This document shows, piece by piece, positions 19,906 through 29,100 of a DNA stretch of 64,000 nucleotides. The stretch spans positions 265,981 to 329,980 of the forward strand of contig CAOKXF010000001.1 in NCBI GenBank assembly GCA_948473335.1, given 5' to 3'. The notes beneath the pieces were generated by a model, which saw only the letters and a list, made by a program, of their open reading frames with translations, had not been told where the DNA came from and did no database searches. Every line of letters starts with the position of its first letter. Positions within the stretch are counted from its first letter, which is position 1. Both the position numbers and the translations under genes were made by a program. This DNA is from an uncultured Clostridium sp. (lineage in GTDB: Bacteria; Bacillota; Clostridia; TANB77; CAG-508).

Positions 19906-20247
19906 TTATACCACTTTTTCTTCTAATTCCTTTAATGGTATTATCTTTAAAATACCACTCATTTCTAATATCTTTTTTATACTTTCAGATACATTGGTTA
20001 TTTCTAAACTTGCTCCTAACATATTTGCTAACCTATATCTACCTATTATTAATCCAATTCCTGCACTATCCATAAAAGTTACACTTTCAAAATCAAATAC
20101 AACTTCTCTTGGCATATATCTTTCTATTTCATAATCTGCTTTTCTTCGTATTTTCTGTACACTACATTCATCAATTTCCTCTGTTAATTTTAGGACTAAT
20201 AACTTGTCCTTATTAAAATACTGACTTTCCATTTTACCTCCATTCAT
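19906..20247 (-). CDS. spoIIAA: Anti-sigma F factor antagonist SpoIIAA (STAS domain)
   Basis: 113 aa. Has the phospho-Ser region DFESVTFMDSAGIGLIIGR. First gene of the spoIIA operon. Confidence 0.85.
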   Translation of the reverse strand: MNGGKMESQYFNKDKLLVLKLTEEIDECSVQKIRRKADYEIERYMPREVVFDFESVTFMDSAGIGLIIGRYRLANMLGASLEITNVSESIKKILEMSGILKIIPLKELEEKVV

Positions 20248-20416
20248 TGCTTTTGTTAAAGCTATTTATTGTATAGAAAAATTTTGCATTTTTCTTTTAA
20301 AAACACTATTCAATTTATACTAATCTATACTGCGTGTATTATAAACCTTTTTACATTATTTTCCAATAGCAAAAAATGTCGTAACATGATAACATTTCGA
20401 CATTTTATTAATAACT

Positions 20417-21574
20417 TCAGATTTCGTTCAAAACTTTTGATAAGTATTTCATGCTAGTCAAACATTGTTCTAAAGTATTTCCTGTTGCTCCAACTTCAAT
20501 AATGCATGCTGCTTTCCCCAAGTGCTGATTATATCTAGAATTTCTTAATATAACAGGTTTAAATAATCCTGGGTACATTTCATTTGCCTTTTCTTGTACC
20601 TTTACCGCAAATTGCAAATTGCTATTCCAGTTAGGATGCCATAATCCCCCTCCATTTGTACCTATAACAAACATCAGTTGAGCTGCATAGTCATCTCCTA
20701 TTCTAACTGTAGGTGCATATCCACTATTACTACTTATTGCATCTCTATGCAAATCTATAATTATATCACTATTGGTTCCTGACAAAATTCCTTCTACAGT
20801 TTTTAATGATCTATTATATGAACCAGTATATGTAGGATAATCATGATAATTAGTATTATGAATTACATTATATCCATATTGTGTCAAATAATTTGTCAAT
20901 TCATTTCCTACTCTTACTACTGAATAGTTATTATCCGTAGTTCTATAATTTCCTGTTGGTTGATATGGATATTGTTCGCTTGTTGTATAGCTTTCACAAG
21001 TATGTGTATGAAATATTACAATATTTTCCTTATTTATCGAAACTTCTGCTCCTAGCATTTCCTGTGTTAATTCATATCCTGTTTCATTTTTTATTTTCAC
21101 ACTATTATATGTCGTTGTATATGCGTCTGACAATGGATTTTGTGTTACTACTTCTGTATTTAATCCTGTTTGAATATTGTTTACATTTTCTATTTGTTCT
21201 GATGTTTGCTTATTTTCTTCTGTAGTTGGTACTTCCGCTATGTTTGTGGTGTCTTCATTTTTAAAATAAAACATTCCTATTTCTACTTTCAATAGCTTTT
21301 CTAATAGTGATTCTTCTTCTATTAAATCTTCGTTATTATTTAATTCTTTATTAATTTCTCTTATTCCTGGTAATGTTTCGTCTAAACATAATAGCATTGG
21401 GTTTTGCATTATTACTCCTAAGCTTTGCATTTCACTCATATTTTGTGCTTCTTGCATTTTTGAATTTTTATTAGAAAAATATTTAGCTAGAAACATAACT
21501 ACTATTAATGTTATTATTATACTTATTAGATATTTCATAACATCTTTTACATTTACAACAGCTACATTGAACAT
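20417..21574 (-). CDS. spoIIP: Stage II sporulation protein P
   Basis: 385 aa. Has an N-terminal TM segment and the C-terminal SpoIIP amidase-like domain (IFHTHTCESY...DLHRD). Confidence 0.8.
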   Translation of the reverse strand: MFNVAVVNVKDVMKYLISIIITLIVVMFLAKYFSNKNSKMQEAQNMSEMQSLGVIMQNPMLLCLDETLPGIREINKELNNNEDLIEEESLLEKLLKVEIGMFYFKNEDTTNIAEVPTTEENKQTSEQIENVNNIQTGLNTEVVTQNPLSDAYTTTYNSVKIKNETGYELTQEMLGAEVSINKENIVIFHTHTCESYTTSEQYPYQPTGNYRTTDNNYSVVRVGNELTNYLTQYGYNVIHNTNYHDYPTYTGSYNRSLKTVEGILSGTNSDIIIDLHRDAISSNSGYAPTVRIGDDYAAQLMFVIGTNGGGLWHPNWNSNLQFAVKVQEKANEMYPGLFKPVILRNSRYNQHLGKAACIIEVGATGNTLEQCLTSMKYLSKVLNEI

Positions 21575-21712
21575 ATCTTTCTCCTTGTCCTTTGATTTCC
21601 TTAAAATGTTAATTAATTTTATCTTTATATTATATGTCTGTTTTTCTATTATATTACTTCGATTATTGTAACTATTGATAAATATAATACTAGTGTTAAA
21701 TACTATAATTTA

Positions 21713-22627
21713 CTATTCACTTATTAGTTTATATATACTTTTAATTTTCCCTTTTTGATTTTTATCTAATAAAATAATTTTTTCTATTAATTGGTCTTGT
21801 AATAATGATTGTAATTCTCTATTTTTCTTAACTTCTTCTATACTTCCTCCATGTGCTGTAAAAATTCCTTTTATTCCTGCACACATTGCTATATTAATTG
21901 CTTCCACATCTTCTTTATTTCCTATTTCATCGCACGTTATTACTTGTGGTGACATAGAACGAATTAGTAATTTCATTCCTTTAGCTTTCCCTATATTATT
22001 TATCACATCTGTCATCATCCCTATATCATTCTGTGGTATTCCCTTATACATTGCTGCGATTTCGCCTCTTTCATCTACTACACCTACTACTTTAGCTTTA
22101 AAGTTTATTTCCTCTATTCCATTACTTATTTTTCTTATTATATCTCTTAATAATGTTGTTTTTCCTCCTCCTGGTGGTGATACTATTAGTGTATTATATA
22201 TTGTATTTTCTTTAAAATTTATTATTTCTTGTATTATTTCTTTACTGCTTTCTTTCTTTTCTCTTGCTATTCTTATATTTAAACTTGATATATAATTTAA
22301 ATTGATTACTTTGTCATTTTCTATTACAGCACTTCCTGTTATTCCTATTCTATGTCCTCCTCTTATTGTTATATATCCTTCACTTATTTGCTTTTGATAT
22401 GAATATATAGAATTTTCACATATTCTTTGGAATATTTCGTTTATTTCTTCTTTTTGTATATTATAATTTATTATCATTTGTTCTTGTGCTATTTTTAATA
22501 TAATTGGCTTGTTATTTCTTATTCGTATTTCTTCTATATATTGTGCTAATTGTTCATTTATTCTTGTAGTTATTTGTTCTCTTACACTTCTAGGAAAATA
22601 TTGTAGTATTTGGTTTATTTCTTCCAT
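21713..22627 (-). CDS. spoIIIAA: Stage III sporulation protein AA-like ATPase
   Basis: 304 aa. GYITIRGGHRIGITG and PPGGGKTTLLRDI align with B. subtilis SpoIIIAA (GYVTIRGGHRVGLAGR / PPQTGKTTLLRDL). No spoIIIAB-AH genes follow it. Confidence 0.7.
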   Translation of the reverse strand: MEEINQILQYFPRSVREQITTRINEQLAQYIEEIRIRNNKPIILKIAQEQMIINYNIQKEEINEIFQRICENSIYSYQKQISEGYITIRGGHRIGITGSAVIENDKVINLNYISSLNIRIAREKKESSKEIIQEIINFKENTIYNTLIVSPPGGGKTTLLRDIIRKISNGIEEINFKAKVVGVVDERGEIAAMYKGIPQNDIGMMTDVINNIGKAKGMKLLIRSMSPQVITCDEIGNKEDVEAINIAMCAGIKGIFTAHGGSIEEVKKNRELQSLLQDQLIEKIILLDKNQKGKIKSIYKLISE

Positions 22628-22732
22628 TTTTTATAGTCCTTTCTTAATTTTATGAACTGAAAAGTTTTCTTATACAATAAAAAACGTCCTTATATTATTT
22701 TAGGACGTTTATTTTTTCTTATATTACTTTAT

Positions 22733-23457
22733 TTATTCTGCATTGTGATATACATTCATTACATCATCTAAATCTTCTAATTTTTCTATTAATTTTTCTA
22801 ATTTTTCTTGACCTTGCTCGTCTAAAGATACTGTCATCGTTGGTACCATTTGTACTTCCGCTTCTATAAATGTTAATCCTTCTGATTCTAATTTTTCTAC
22901 TACTTCCGTAAAGTTTGATGGTTCTGTTTTTATTTCATATACTTCTTCATCTGCTTCAAAATCTTCTGCTCCTGATTCTATTGCCAACATCATTAATTCT
23001 TCTTCTTCTTTATTTGTTGATGATTTTTCTATTACTATTATTCCTTTTTTTTCAAATTGATATGCTACACATCCTGTTGTTCCTAAATTTCCTCCTGCTT
23101 TATCAAATACATGTCTTACTTCTGAGGCAGTCCTATTTCTATTGTCTGTGCTTGCTTCTACTATTACTGCTATCCCATTTGGTCCATATCCTTCATATGT
23201 TATTTCTTCATATGTTGATGTGTTTCCTTCTCCTGATGCTTTTTTTATTGCACTGTTTATTGTATCATTTGGCATATTTGCTGCTTTACATTTTGATATT
23301 ACATCTTTTAATTTTGAATTTCCTGCTGGATCTGGTCCTCCTTGTTTTACAGCTATTAGTAGTTCTCTTCCTAGTTTTGTGAATATTTTTCCTCTTGCTG
23401 CATCTGCTTTTCCTTTCTTTGCTTGTATATTATGCCATTTACTGTGTCCGACTCATA
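22733..23457 (-). pseudogene. yebC: YebC/PmpR-family transcriptional regulator, frameshifted at codon 3 at the island junction
   Basis: ATG at 23457 (RBS AGGAGG). The sequence ATG AGT Cgga cac agt aaa tgg cat aat... yields the universal [33 protein letters not shown] only if the c at 23450 is dropped. The ORF track shows the 180-aa C-terminal piece from an internal Met. Confidence 0.8.
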
Positions 23458-23761
23458 TCTTTGTCCTCCTCTTAATTTTTCTTTCTATTTTCAAGGCTTT
23501 CGAGCCTTTAACCACCTAATTTATTCATTTTTGGCTTTGTTGATTTTAGTGGGTTTTTGTGGTTCTTTGTTGAAACGATTGCACCAAAATAATTACAAAA
23601 CTGCTCCAAAAATCATTATGTATAATTCCCTTTTTATTTTTTGATCAACCTTCGTTTCATACATTTCAATGTGCTTTTTATCATTTCCGTTTTTTATTGT
23701 ATCATATTATTTTTAGTTTGTGTAGTCTTTTTACAAATAAATTACTTTTAACATCCTTAAA

Positions 23762-24091
23762 TTATCTCATAAATCTAACAGTTTGCATTATTTCATCTAT
23801 TGATTTTCCTTTATTTGTCTTATTATACTTTTCTCTAAGTTCCACTATAGTTTCTTCTCTTCTATTTAGAGTTAAGTCTTGTTTTAAATTATCTCTACTT
23901 TTATTCTCTTGTTCATCTAAATACTTATCTAATGTACTTTTTTTAAATCTAATATTTCCTCTTTTTCCTATTCTTATATGTGGAATTTCTTTTACTAATT
24001 TATGTATCAAAGTCCAATAGCTTACTCCTAAATATGTACAAGCCTCTTTTGTTGTTAAAATTTGCTTTTCCATCTCCTCATCTCCAATCAT
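23762..24091 (-). CDS. Excisionase-family (HTH_17 / MerR-like) DNA-binding protein
   Basis: 109 aa. KEACTYLGVSYWTLIHKLVKEIPHIRIGKRGNIRFKKSTLDKYLDE is a typical Xis-type HTH. Confidence 0.6.
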   Translation of the reverse strand: MIGDEEMEKQILTTKEACTYLGVSYWTLIHKLVKEIPHIRIGKRGNIRFKKSTLDKYLDEQENKSRDNLKQDLTLNRREETIVELREKYNKTNKGKSIDEIMQTVRFMR

Positions 24092-24357
24092 TAACTTGAA
24101 AAATGTTTAACTTATTCTAAAACGATTTTGTACAATTTAAGTTGGTATGGCATAATTATATACCATCATAATTGGTATGTCAATACTTTTTCTATTTTTT
24201 TGTAAAAATCAGTGATTTGTACTAAATTTATTTGTATAGTAGGTATCAATCAATTAATATATTCTTTAAAAATATTGTTTTTATGGTATTAATTCTTGAC
24301 ATCATACAAATTATATTTGTATAATAAAAACAAAATTCAATATTTTATTTTTGGAGT

Positions 24358-24774
24358 GTGATTGATATGAGAAATGAAAAGAAAGTAAAAAATAGATTAA
24401 AGCAGTTAAGATTAGCAGCAGGCTTAAAACAATCAGATCTTGCTAAAATAGTAGGTTGCTCACAACAAACAATTAGTAACTACGAAACTGGATTTAGTAA
24501 CAATTTGGATGCTATTGTTGAAGAAGCTATTACTAATTATTTTTCTTGTACTATTGACTATTTAAGGGGATTAAGTAGTATAAAAAATCCTAAAGAGTAC
24601 CTTGCTAATGATGCTATTATTTTAGAAAAAGAATTTATTAAACTTGGAATTATTAAAGAAGGTGAAGAAATATCGCAAGAGCAATTAGATCTTTTTAGGG
24701 ATTTAATAAAAGCAAATAAACAGTTTTTCAAAAGAATCTCTTCTACATTTTCTAAAGACTCTGATAATGATTAA
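24358..24774 (+). CDS. XRE-family helix-turn-helix transcriptional regulator
   Basis: LKQLRLAAGLKQSDLAKIVGCSQQTISNYETG. Divergent from the Xis-like gene. Probable start is ATG 24366. Confidence 0.7.
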   Translation: MIDMRNEKKVKNRLKQLRLAAGLKQSDLAKIVGCSQQTISNYETGFSNNLDAIVEEAITNYFSCTIDYLRGLSSIKNPKEYLANDAIILEKEFIKLGIIKEGEEISQEQLDLFRDLIKANKQFFKRISSTFSKDSDND

Positions 24775-24970
24775 AATATTAATAAATATATCTTCAACTA
24801 ATATTTTTATTGCAAGTCAATTATATACTATATTTAAAGGATTTTAACAAATTATATGAAAATTATTGAATTACATCCTTTTTTGTGTTATATTATTTCT
24901 TATATATTTTTTCTTTTATTTTTCAATCAAAAATATATAAAGTTTTATTAAAGGAGGTTACTTAATAACT

Positions 24971-25312
24971 TTGAATTTATTTGAACCAATTATAAATAGC
25001 TTAGATAATGCTATCCACAAAAGTAATTTAAAAGATTCTTTTATAGATGATTTTATTCATGATTTACAAAGATATATGCTAAGGCAAAATTTTGATTATG
25101 ATTATCGTAAATTGCCTAAAAATACTATATTTGAAGTTGATTATATTGAAGATGGATTTGCTTCTTGTTTAGATACTGCTCAAAAGCATTCAGAAAAATA
25201 TCATATTCCTTCAGAATTACTTGATGAGTCTGCACTAAAGGCTGATTATATTCAATTTGATGGCACCAAATATACTGCCGTTTCTAATCCTTACCAAAAA
25301 GATTATAACTAA
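24971..25312 (+). CDS. Hypothetical protein (island cargo)
   Basis: 113-aa ORF with a TTG start after AGGAGG. No family recognised. Confidence 0.35.
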   Translation: MNLFEPIINSLDNAIHKSNLKDSFIDDFIHDLQRYMLRQNFDYDYRKLPKNTIFEVDYIEDGFASCLDTAQKHSEKYHIPSELLDESALKADYIQFDGTKYTAVSNPYQKDYN

Positions 25313-25661
25313 TTTTAATAAAAAAATAAGAACATATATCAAATATGCTCCTATAACTCATCTTATTTGCTCCATCTAAATTTAATATTTGTTGCTGATT
25401 AATATTATTTTCTTTAATATATTCTTCTAATTGTATATAAAATTGTTTTCCTTCATATGTACTATATGGCATATATAATTTTTCAACTTTTATATTTGTT
25501 AGAATTTCTTGCATTCCACTAATATGATCTTCATCTATATGTGTCCCTATTAAATAATCTAATTTGCTGTTGATAATCTATACAGTATAAATTTGTGATT
25601 TTAACAATTTCCTTTGGCAATCTTCTTGTTGTGTTATTATTAGGTAGAATTTTCATATTTT
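25284..25661 (-). pseudogene. Frameshifted gene fragment with an HxDxDH-like metallo-hydrolase motif
   Basis: Two reading frames: MKILPNNNTTRRLPKEIVKITNLYCIDYQQQIRLFNRDTYR*, then a shift to ...KLDYLIGTHIDEDHISGMQEILTNIKVEKLY... Neither frame is intact. Confidence 0.3.
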
Positions 25662-26378
25662 CTATTTTTTCACTTTTACCTCATCTACAAAATCTAGAAA
25701 AACTTTTGTATTTCTAGGTGCTTGTTTTGGATCACCAACCATATAAATATAGATATTATTTAGTGCTATTAATTTTATAATTTCAACAATGTCATTATCT
25801 AAATCTTGGGCTTCACCAATATAAATAGAATCAATCGAAGCTATAAAGTGATTTATTATTAAACTTCTTCTATATTTTTCTTTTTTAGTTTGCTGTTTAT
25901 TACCTACAATAATTTGTTTTGCTATATTAAAAACTTTCTCATTATGAACTATTCCTTGTTTTTCTAATTGTGACATTTTACTGTTTCTTCTTTTTTTATC
26001 ATCAGGCAGAAAAACTGAAGATGCCTTATTTATCTTTTTATTTAATATGTAACTACTATATGGATAAATAATTTCATTCAATAGAAAAGTATGTATTGTA
26101 GATATTTTTATATTATCAGGAATATATCCCTTTTGTTCTAATACTTTTTCTTCGATATTTCTTTTAGCATAATTAGTATAGGTTATTGCGTATATGTTTT
26201 TTCCATATGTTTTACTTGAATATTCGAATGTATTGTTGTTTAATACTAACTTTATAGCTTTTATTAAATTCGATTTTCCTATATCATTTTCTCCAATTAA
26301 AATAGTAAATCTATTTAGTGGTATTGTTAAATCTTTAAAATTTCTAAAATTTTTAATTCTTACATTTTTAATATACAT
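25662..26378 (-). CDS. N-terminal fragment of a superfamily-1 (UvrD/PcrA-like) helicase, truncated
   Basis: 238 aa. Walker A ILIGENDIGKSN. Motif Ia-like ITYTNYAKRNIEE (compare TFTNKAAREM). STIHTF (compare GTFHS). Motif II IGEAQD. Motif III MVGDPKQ. It stops before motifs IV-VI. Confidence 0.45.
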   Translation of the reverse strand: MYIKNVRIKNFRNFKDLTIPLNRFTILIGENDIGKSNLIKAIKLVLNNNTFEYSSKTYGKNIYAITYTNYAKRNIEEKVLEQKGYIPDNIKISTIHTFLLNEIIYPYSSYILNKKINKASSVFLPDDKKRRNSKMSQLEKQGIVHNEKVFNIAKQIIVGNKQQTKKEKYRRSLIINHFIASIDSIYIGEAQDLDNDIVEIIKLIALNNIYIYMVGDPKQAPRNTKVFLDFVDEVKVKK

Positions 26379-26438
26379 ATTATCCTCTTATTTCACTTTC
26401 ATTTACATATTTTTTATAGTTATTAATTAATGCTCTAG

Positions 26439-26921
26439 TCATTTAATCATACTTATACTTACAGGAGTATAATCTACCACATCACAAGAAACACATATAT
26501 GATTTTTCTCATCAAATCTTTTATCAAGTGGCTTATCATGTATATGACCAAAAACATTAATTTGGTTTTCTCCAGCTTTGTCAGTTGGTGCATGTGTTAA
26601 TAGCAAATCACCTAAAACAATTCTCTTCTTATATACTTCTAAAAAGCCTATCTCTTTCCATGTATTCATGCCAATTTTTAAGTCATGATTTCCCTTAATT
26701 AATATCTTTGTTCCATTTAATCTTTCTACCAAGCTTTTAACTTCTTGTAACGAGCCAAATCCTACATCACCCAAATGATATACGGTATCATCTTTTTTAA
26801 CAACTGAATTCCACTTTTGAATTATGTATTCATTCATTTCATAAGTATTTTTAAATGGTCTATTACAGTATTTAATTATATTTTCATGATTAAAATGTGT
26901 ATCAGCTATAAAATATATCAT
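26439..26921 (-). CDS. Calcineurin-like metallophosphoesterase
   Basis: 160 aa. Has DTHFNH, GDVGFG, GNHD and GHIH motifs. Confidence 0.75.
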   Translation of the reverse strand: MIYFIADTHFNHENIIKYCNRPFKNTYEMNEYIIQKWNSVVKKDDTVYHLGDVGFGSLQEVKSLVERLNGTKILIKGNHDLKIGMNTWKEIGFLEVYKKRIVLGDLLLTHAPTDKAGENQINVFGHIHDKPLDKRFDEKNHICVSCDVVDYTPVSISMIK

Positions 26922-26924
26922 ATT

Positions 26925-27737
26925 TTACTCTCCTAACTCTTTTATGTATTTTAGTACACTCTCTATAGCATCATCTATTGTTATGTCTAGCCAATTATTC
27001 TTCGGATTACTTAAATTACTTCTATAAGTATTTGAATTAAAAGTCATTTGCAATCTATTTGCTATGTCTTTTAAATTTTTCTCTCTCATTGTTTCATCCT
27101 TGAAAACTAGAATATCAAAACAATTCATTAACTTTTTCTTACTTAAATTCGTTTTATTTATTAAATAATAGAAATCAAACAAATCTTTATATCTTGTTGA
27201 TCTAAATCCAAGTTTCAATAAAGATTTTATTTTTTCCACAAAGATTTGCTCTTTTGAATTTATTAATAAGTTTGCATTTTTATTTATAATGCTCAAATCA
27301 AAACAATACTCATCTTGTTTTATATCTAATAATTTATGTACTCCTATATCCAACTTTGTTCTTAATTTATTTCCTTGTTCATCATATAGCTCTATATTAA
27401 CTCTTTTTCCATCATAATCTTGATGATGTAGTTCTTTTATTTCTCCATCTATTTCAATTTTTATTCCATCATCTATCAAGTTTAATTCTTCAATGAATTT
27501 TCTTATTGACGAATCTTCTAATGAGTATTTGATAAAATCTAAATCTAAGTCACGAGTTGCTCTACGTAAATCATTTGATATACTATGTATTACTACTCCA
27601 CCTTTTATGGTTATATTTTTTGAAAATCTAGAATTTGCAATTTTTAAAAGAATAATATCTTGGCATACTTTACTTTCAGCATCCATTATTCCATAACCAC
27701 TTTTTAAATAATTGTGTACTAATTCTTCTATGTTCAT
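26925..27737 (-). CDS. abiEii: Nucleotidyltransferase AbiEii/AbiGii toxin (type IV TA / abortive infection)
   Basis: 270 aa. ITIKGGVVIHSISNDLRRATRDLDLDF is typical of the DUF1814 / AbiEii NTase fold. Overlaps abiEi by 1 nt. Confidence 0.75.
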   Translation of the reverse strand: MNIEELVHNYLKSGYGIMDAESKVCQDIILLKIANSRFSKNITIKGGVVIHSISNDLRRATRDLDLDFIKYSLEDSSIRKFIEELNLIDDGIKIEIDGEIKELHHQDYDGKRVNIELYDEQGNKLRTKLDIGVHKLLDIKQDEYCFDLSIINKNANLLINSKEQIFVEKIKSLLKLGFRSTRYKDLFDFYYLINKTNLSKKKLMNCFDILVFKDETMREKNLKDIANRLQMTFNSNTYRSNLSNPKNNWLDITIDDAIESVLKYIKELGE

Positions 27738-28279
27738 TAAAACACCTCTCTTAATAATGCATCTGACAAATTAGATTCATTTTTGTATAATGATATATAT
27801 TTTTCAATTTTATACATATCTAATTTATTGCTATATGCTCTATAATTTGAAATTAATTCTTTATAATAATCAAATGGAATTTGATTTCTTTTCCTAATTA
27901 ATTCTACTAATAATCTTTCTCTATCATATATGTTTACATTTTCATCATCTATCTTTTCTACACTTTTACCTTCATCAAGTATTTTTTTATCTACAAATAA
28001 TTGAATTATATTCTCATTATCTATTTTTCTAGAATGACTCTCTGTTGCTAAATATACTTTTTGTGGAATAACATCTGTCATATCATAAAAGTAGAATGCT
28101 GAATCCATTGTTACTATCGCTTTAGGATATTTTTTTGAATATAAAGCTATTGGATTTACATATTTTTTATTTGAATATAATCCTTGTTCTAACTTATATA
28201 TTTCTCCTTTTTCTATAGCTTTGTTAATACTGTAACCTGTTTTATATTCATTCTTTAATTCTTGATAAGTATAAATCAT
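27737..28279 (-). CDS. abiEi: AbiEi-family antitoxin/transcriptional autoregulator
   Basis: MIYTYQELKNEYKTGYSINKAIEKGEIYKLEQGLYS is an AbiEi_4 winged-helix N-terminal domain. The preferred start is ATG 28279, after a GGGGG RBS. The ORF track starts it at 28300. Confidence 0.7.
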   Translation of the reverse strand: MIYTYQELKNEYKTGYSINKAIEKGEIYKLEQGLYSNKKYVNPIALYSKKYPKAIVTMDSAFYFYDMTDVIPQKVYLATESHSRKIDNENIIQLFVDKKILDEGKSVEKIDDENVNIYDRERLLVELIRKRNQIPFDYYKELISNYRAYSNKLDMYKIEKYISLYKNESNLSDALLREVF

Positions 28280-28303
28280 AATTATTTCCCCCATAAACAT
28301 TTT

Positions 28304-28343
28304 AACTTAAATGTCGGATGAAATCAAGTTTTTTCCGACATTT
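28304..28343. promoter_or_regulatory. 15-bp perfect inverted repeat AACTTAAATGTCGGA-N10-TCCGACATTTAAGTT in the abiE 5' UTR; candidate AbiEi operator
   Basis: Lies immediately upstream of the abiEi start. AbiEi proteins are known to autoregulate via promoter inverted repeats. Confidence 0.45.
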
Positions 28344-29049
28344 AAGTTAATTTTTATAAAAATAACTTTCATTTTTTATTATAAATCGACTTTATTTTAT
28401 TATTCATCCAATATCTTACATATTGGTCAACATTACAAATGTACTACAATTTCACCATTTTGTTGTACATTTGTAAATATTATTTTTGTAGTAACATAGT
28501 ACTTAAATAAAAAGTCATATATCAACTATATTTTTTATATCAATTTTATTTTTACTGTACCATTTACAGTATCGTTTGCAGTATCATCTTTATTAAATCT
28601 TCTTTGTAATATGAGAACATTACTCTAATTTCAACTACTGTTTTTAACTTTATAAAATCAATATAACACATATGAAATAAGGATTTGTTGCACTTTCAAT
28701 CATTTCAAAAATGCTAAATTTAGCATTGCATTTAGTACTACTGTTTGTCAACTTTTTACTTGTAAAATACACAAGACATACTTGTTTTTAGTTTTTTTGT
28801 TAAAATTATTAATTTTTTTGCATTAATTTTTATCAAATATAACAAATTGTACTTGTATAAATTATTTCTTTAGTAGTAGTTAATCGTACAAATTTTTGTA
28901 TGTAAAATAAGTTCGTTTTTTATTTTATGCAACCATTATTCCATACAACTATGATTAGTATGTAAACATTCTAAACTTATTGATTTTTCAATAATATTTA
29001 AGATTATATTTGCCATATTTTTAAGTTTATTTTTACAATTTTTAACATA

Positions 29050-29100
29050 AAAAAAGAGTCAATAGGATAATATTTCTCACTCCAAAATTGACTCTTTTTT
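29050..29100. terminator. Bidirectional rho-independent terminator aaaaaagagtcaat-N23-attgactctttttt
   Basis: 14-bp stems flanked by A6 on one side and T6 on the other. Confidence 0.5.

Noticed and set aside
3640-23520. Many plus-strand track ORFs of 60 to 170 aa, including 3640-3978, 5099-5287, 5694-6080, 6175-6788, 9329-9664, 9968-10508, 11160-12704, 12817-14449, 16823-17281, 17816-18340 and 22915-23519
   Set aside because: All lie antisense to well-supported minus-strand genes. They are Leu/Phe/Ile-rich low-complexity translations typical of the reverse strand of AT-rich coding DNA.
25662-26378. Initial reading of the 238-aa island protein as an OLD/GajA-type ATPase (Gabija)
   Set aside because: The motif order Ia (ITYTNYAKR), TIHTF, II (GEAQD) and III (VGDPKQ) fits an SF1 UvrD-like helicase N-terminus better than OLD-family ATPase plus TOPRIM.
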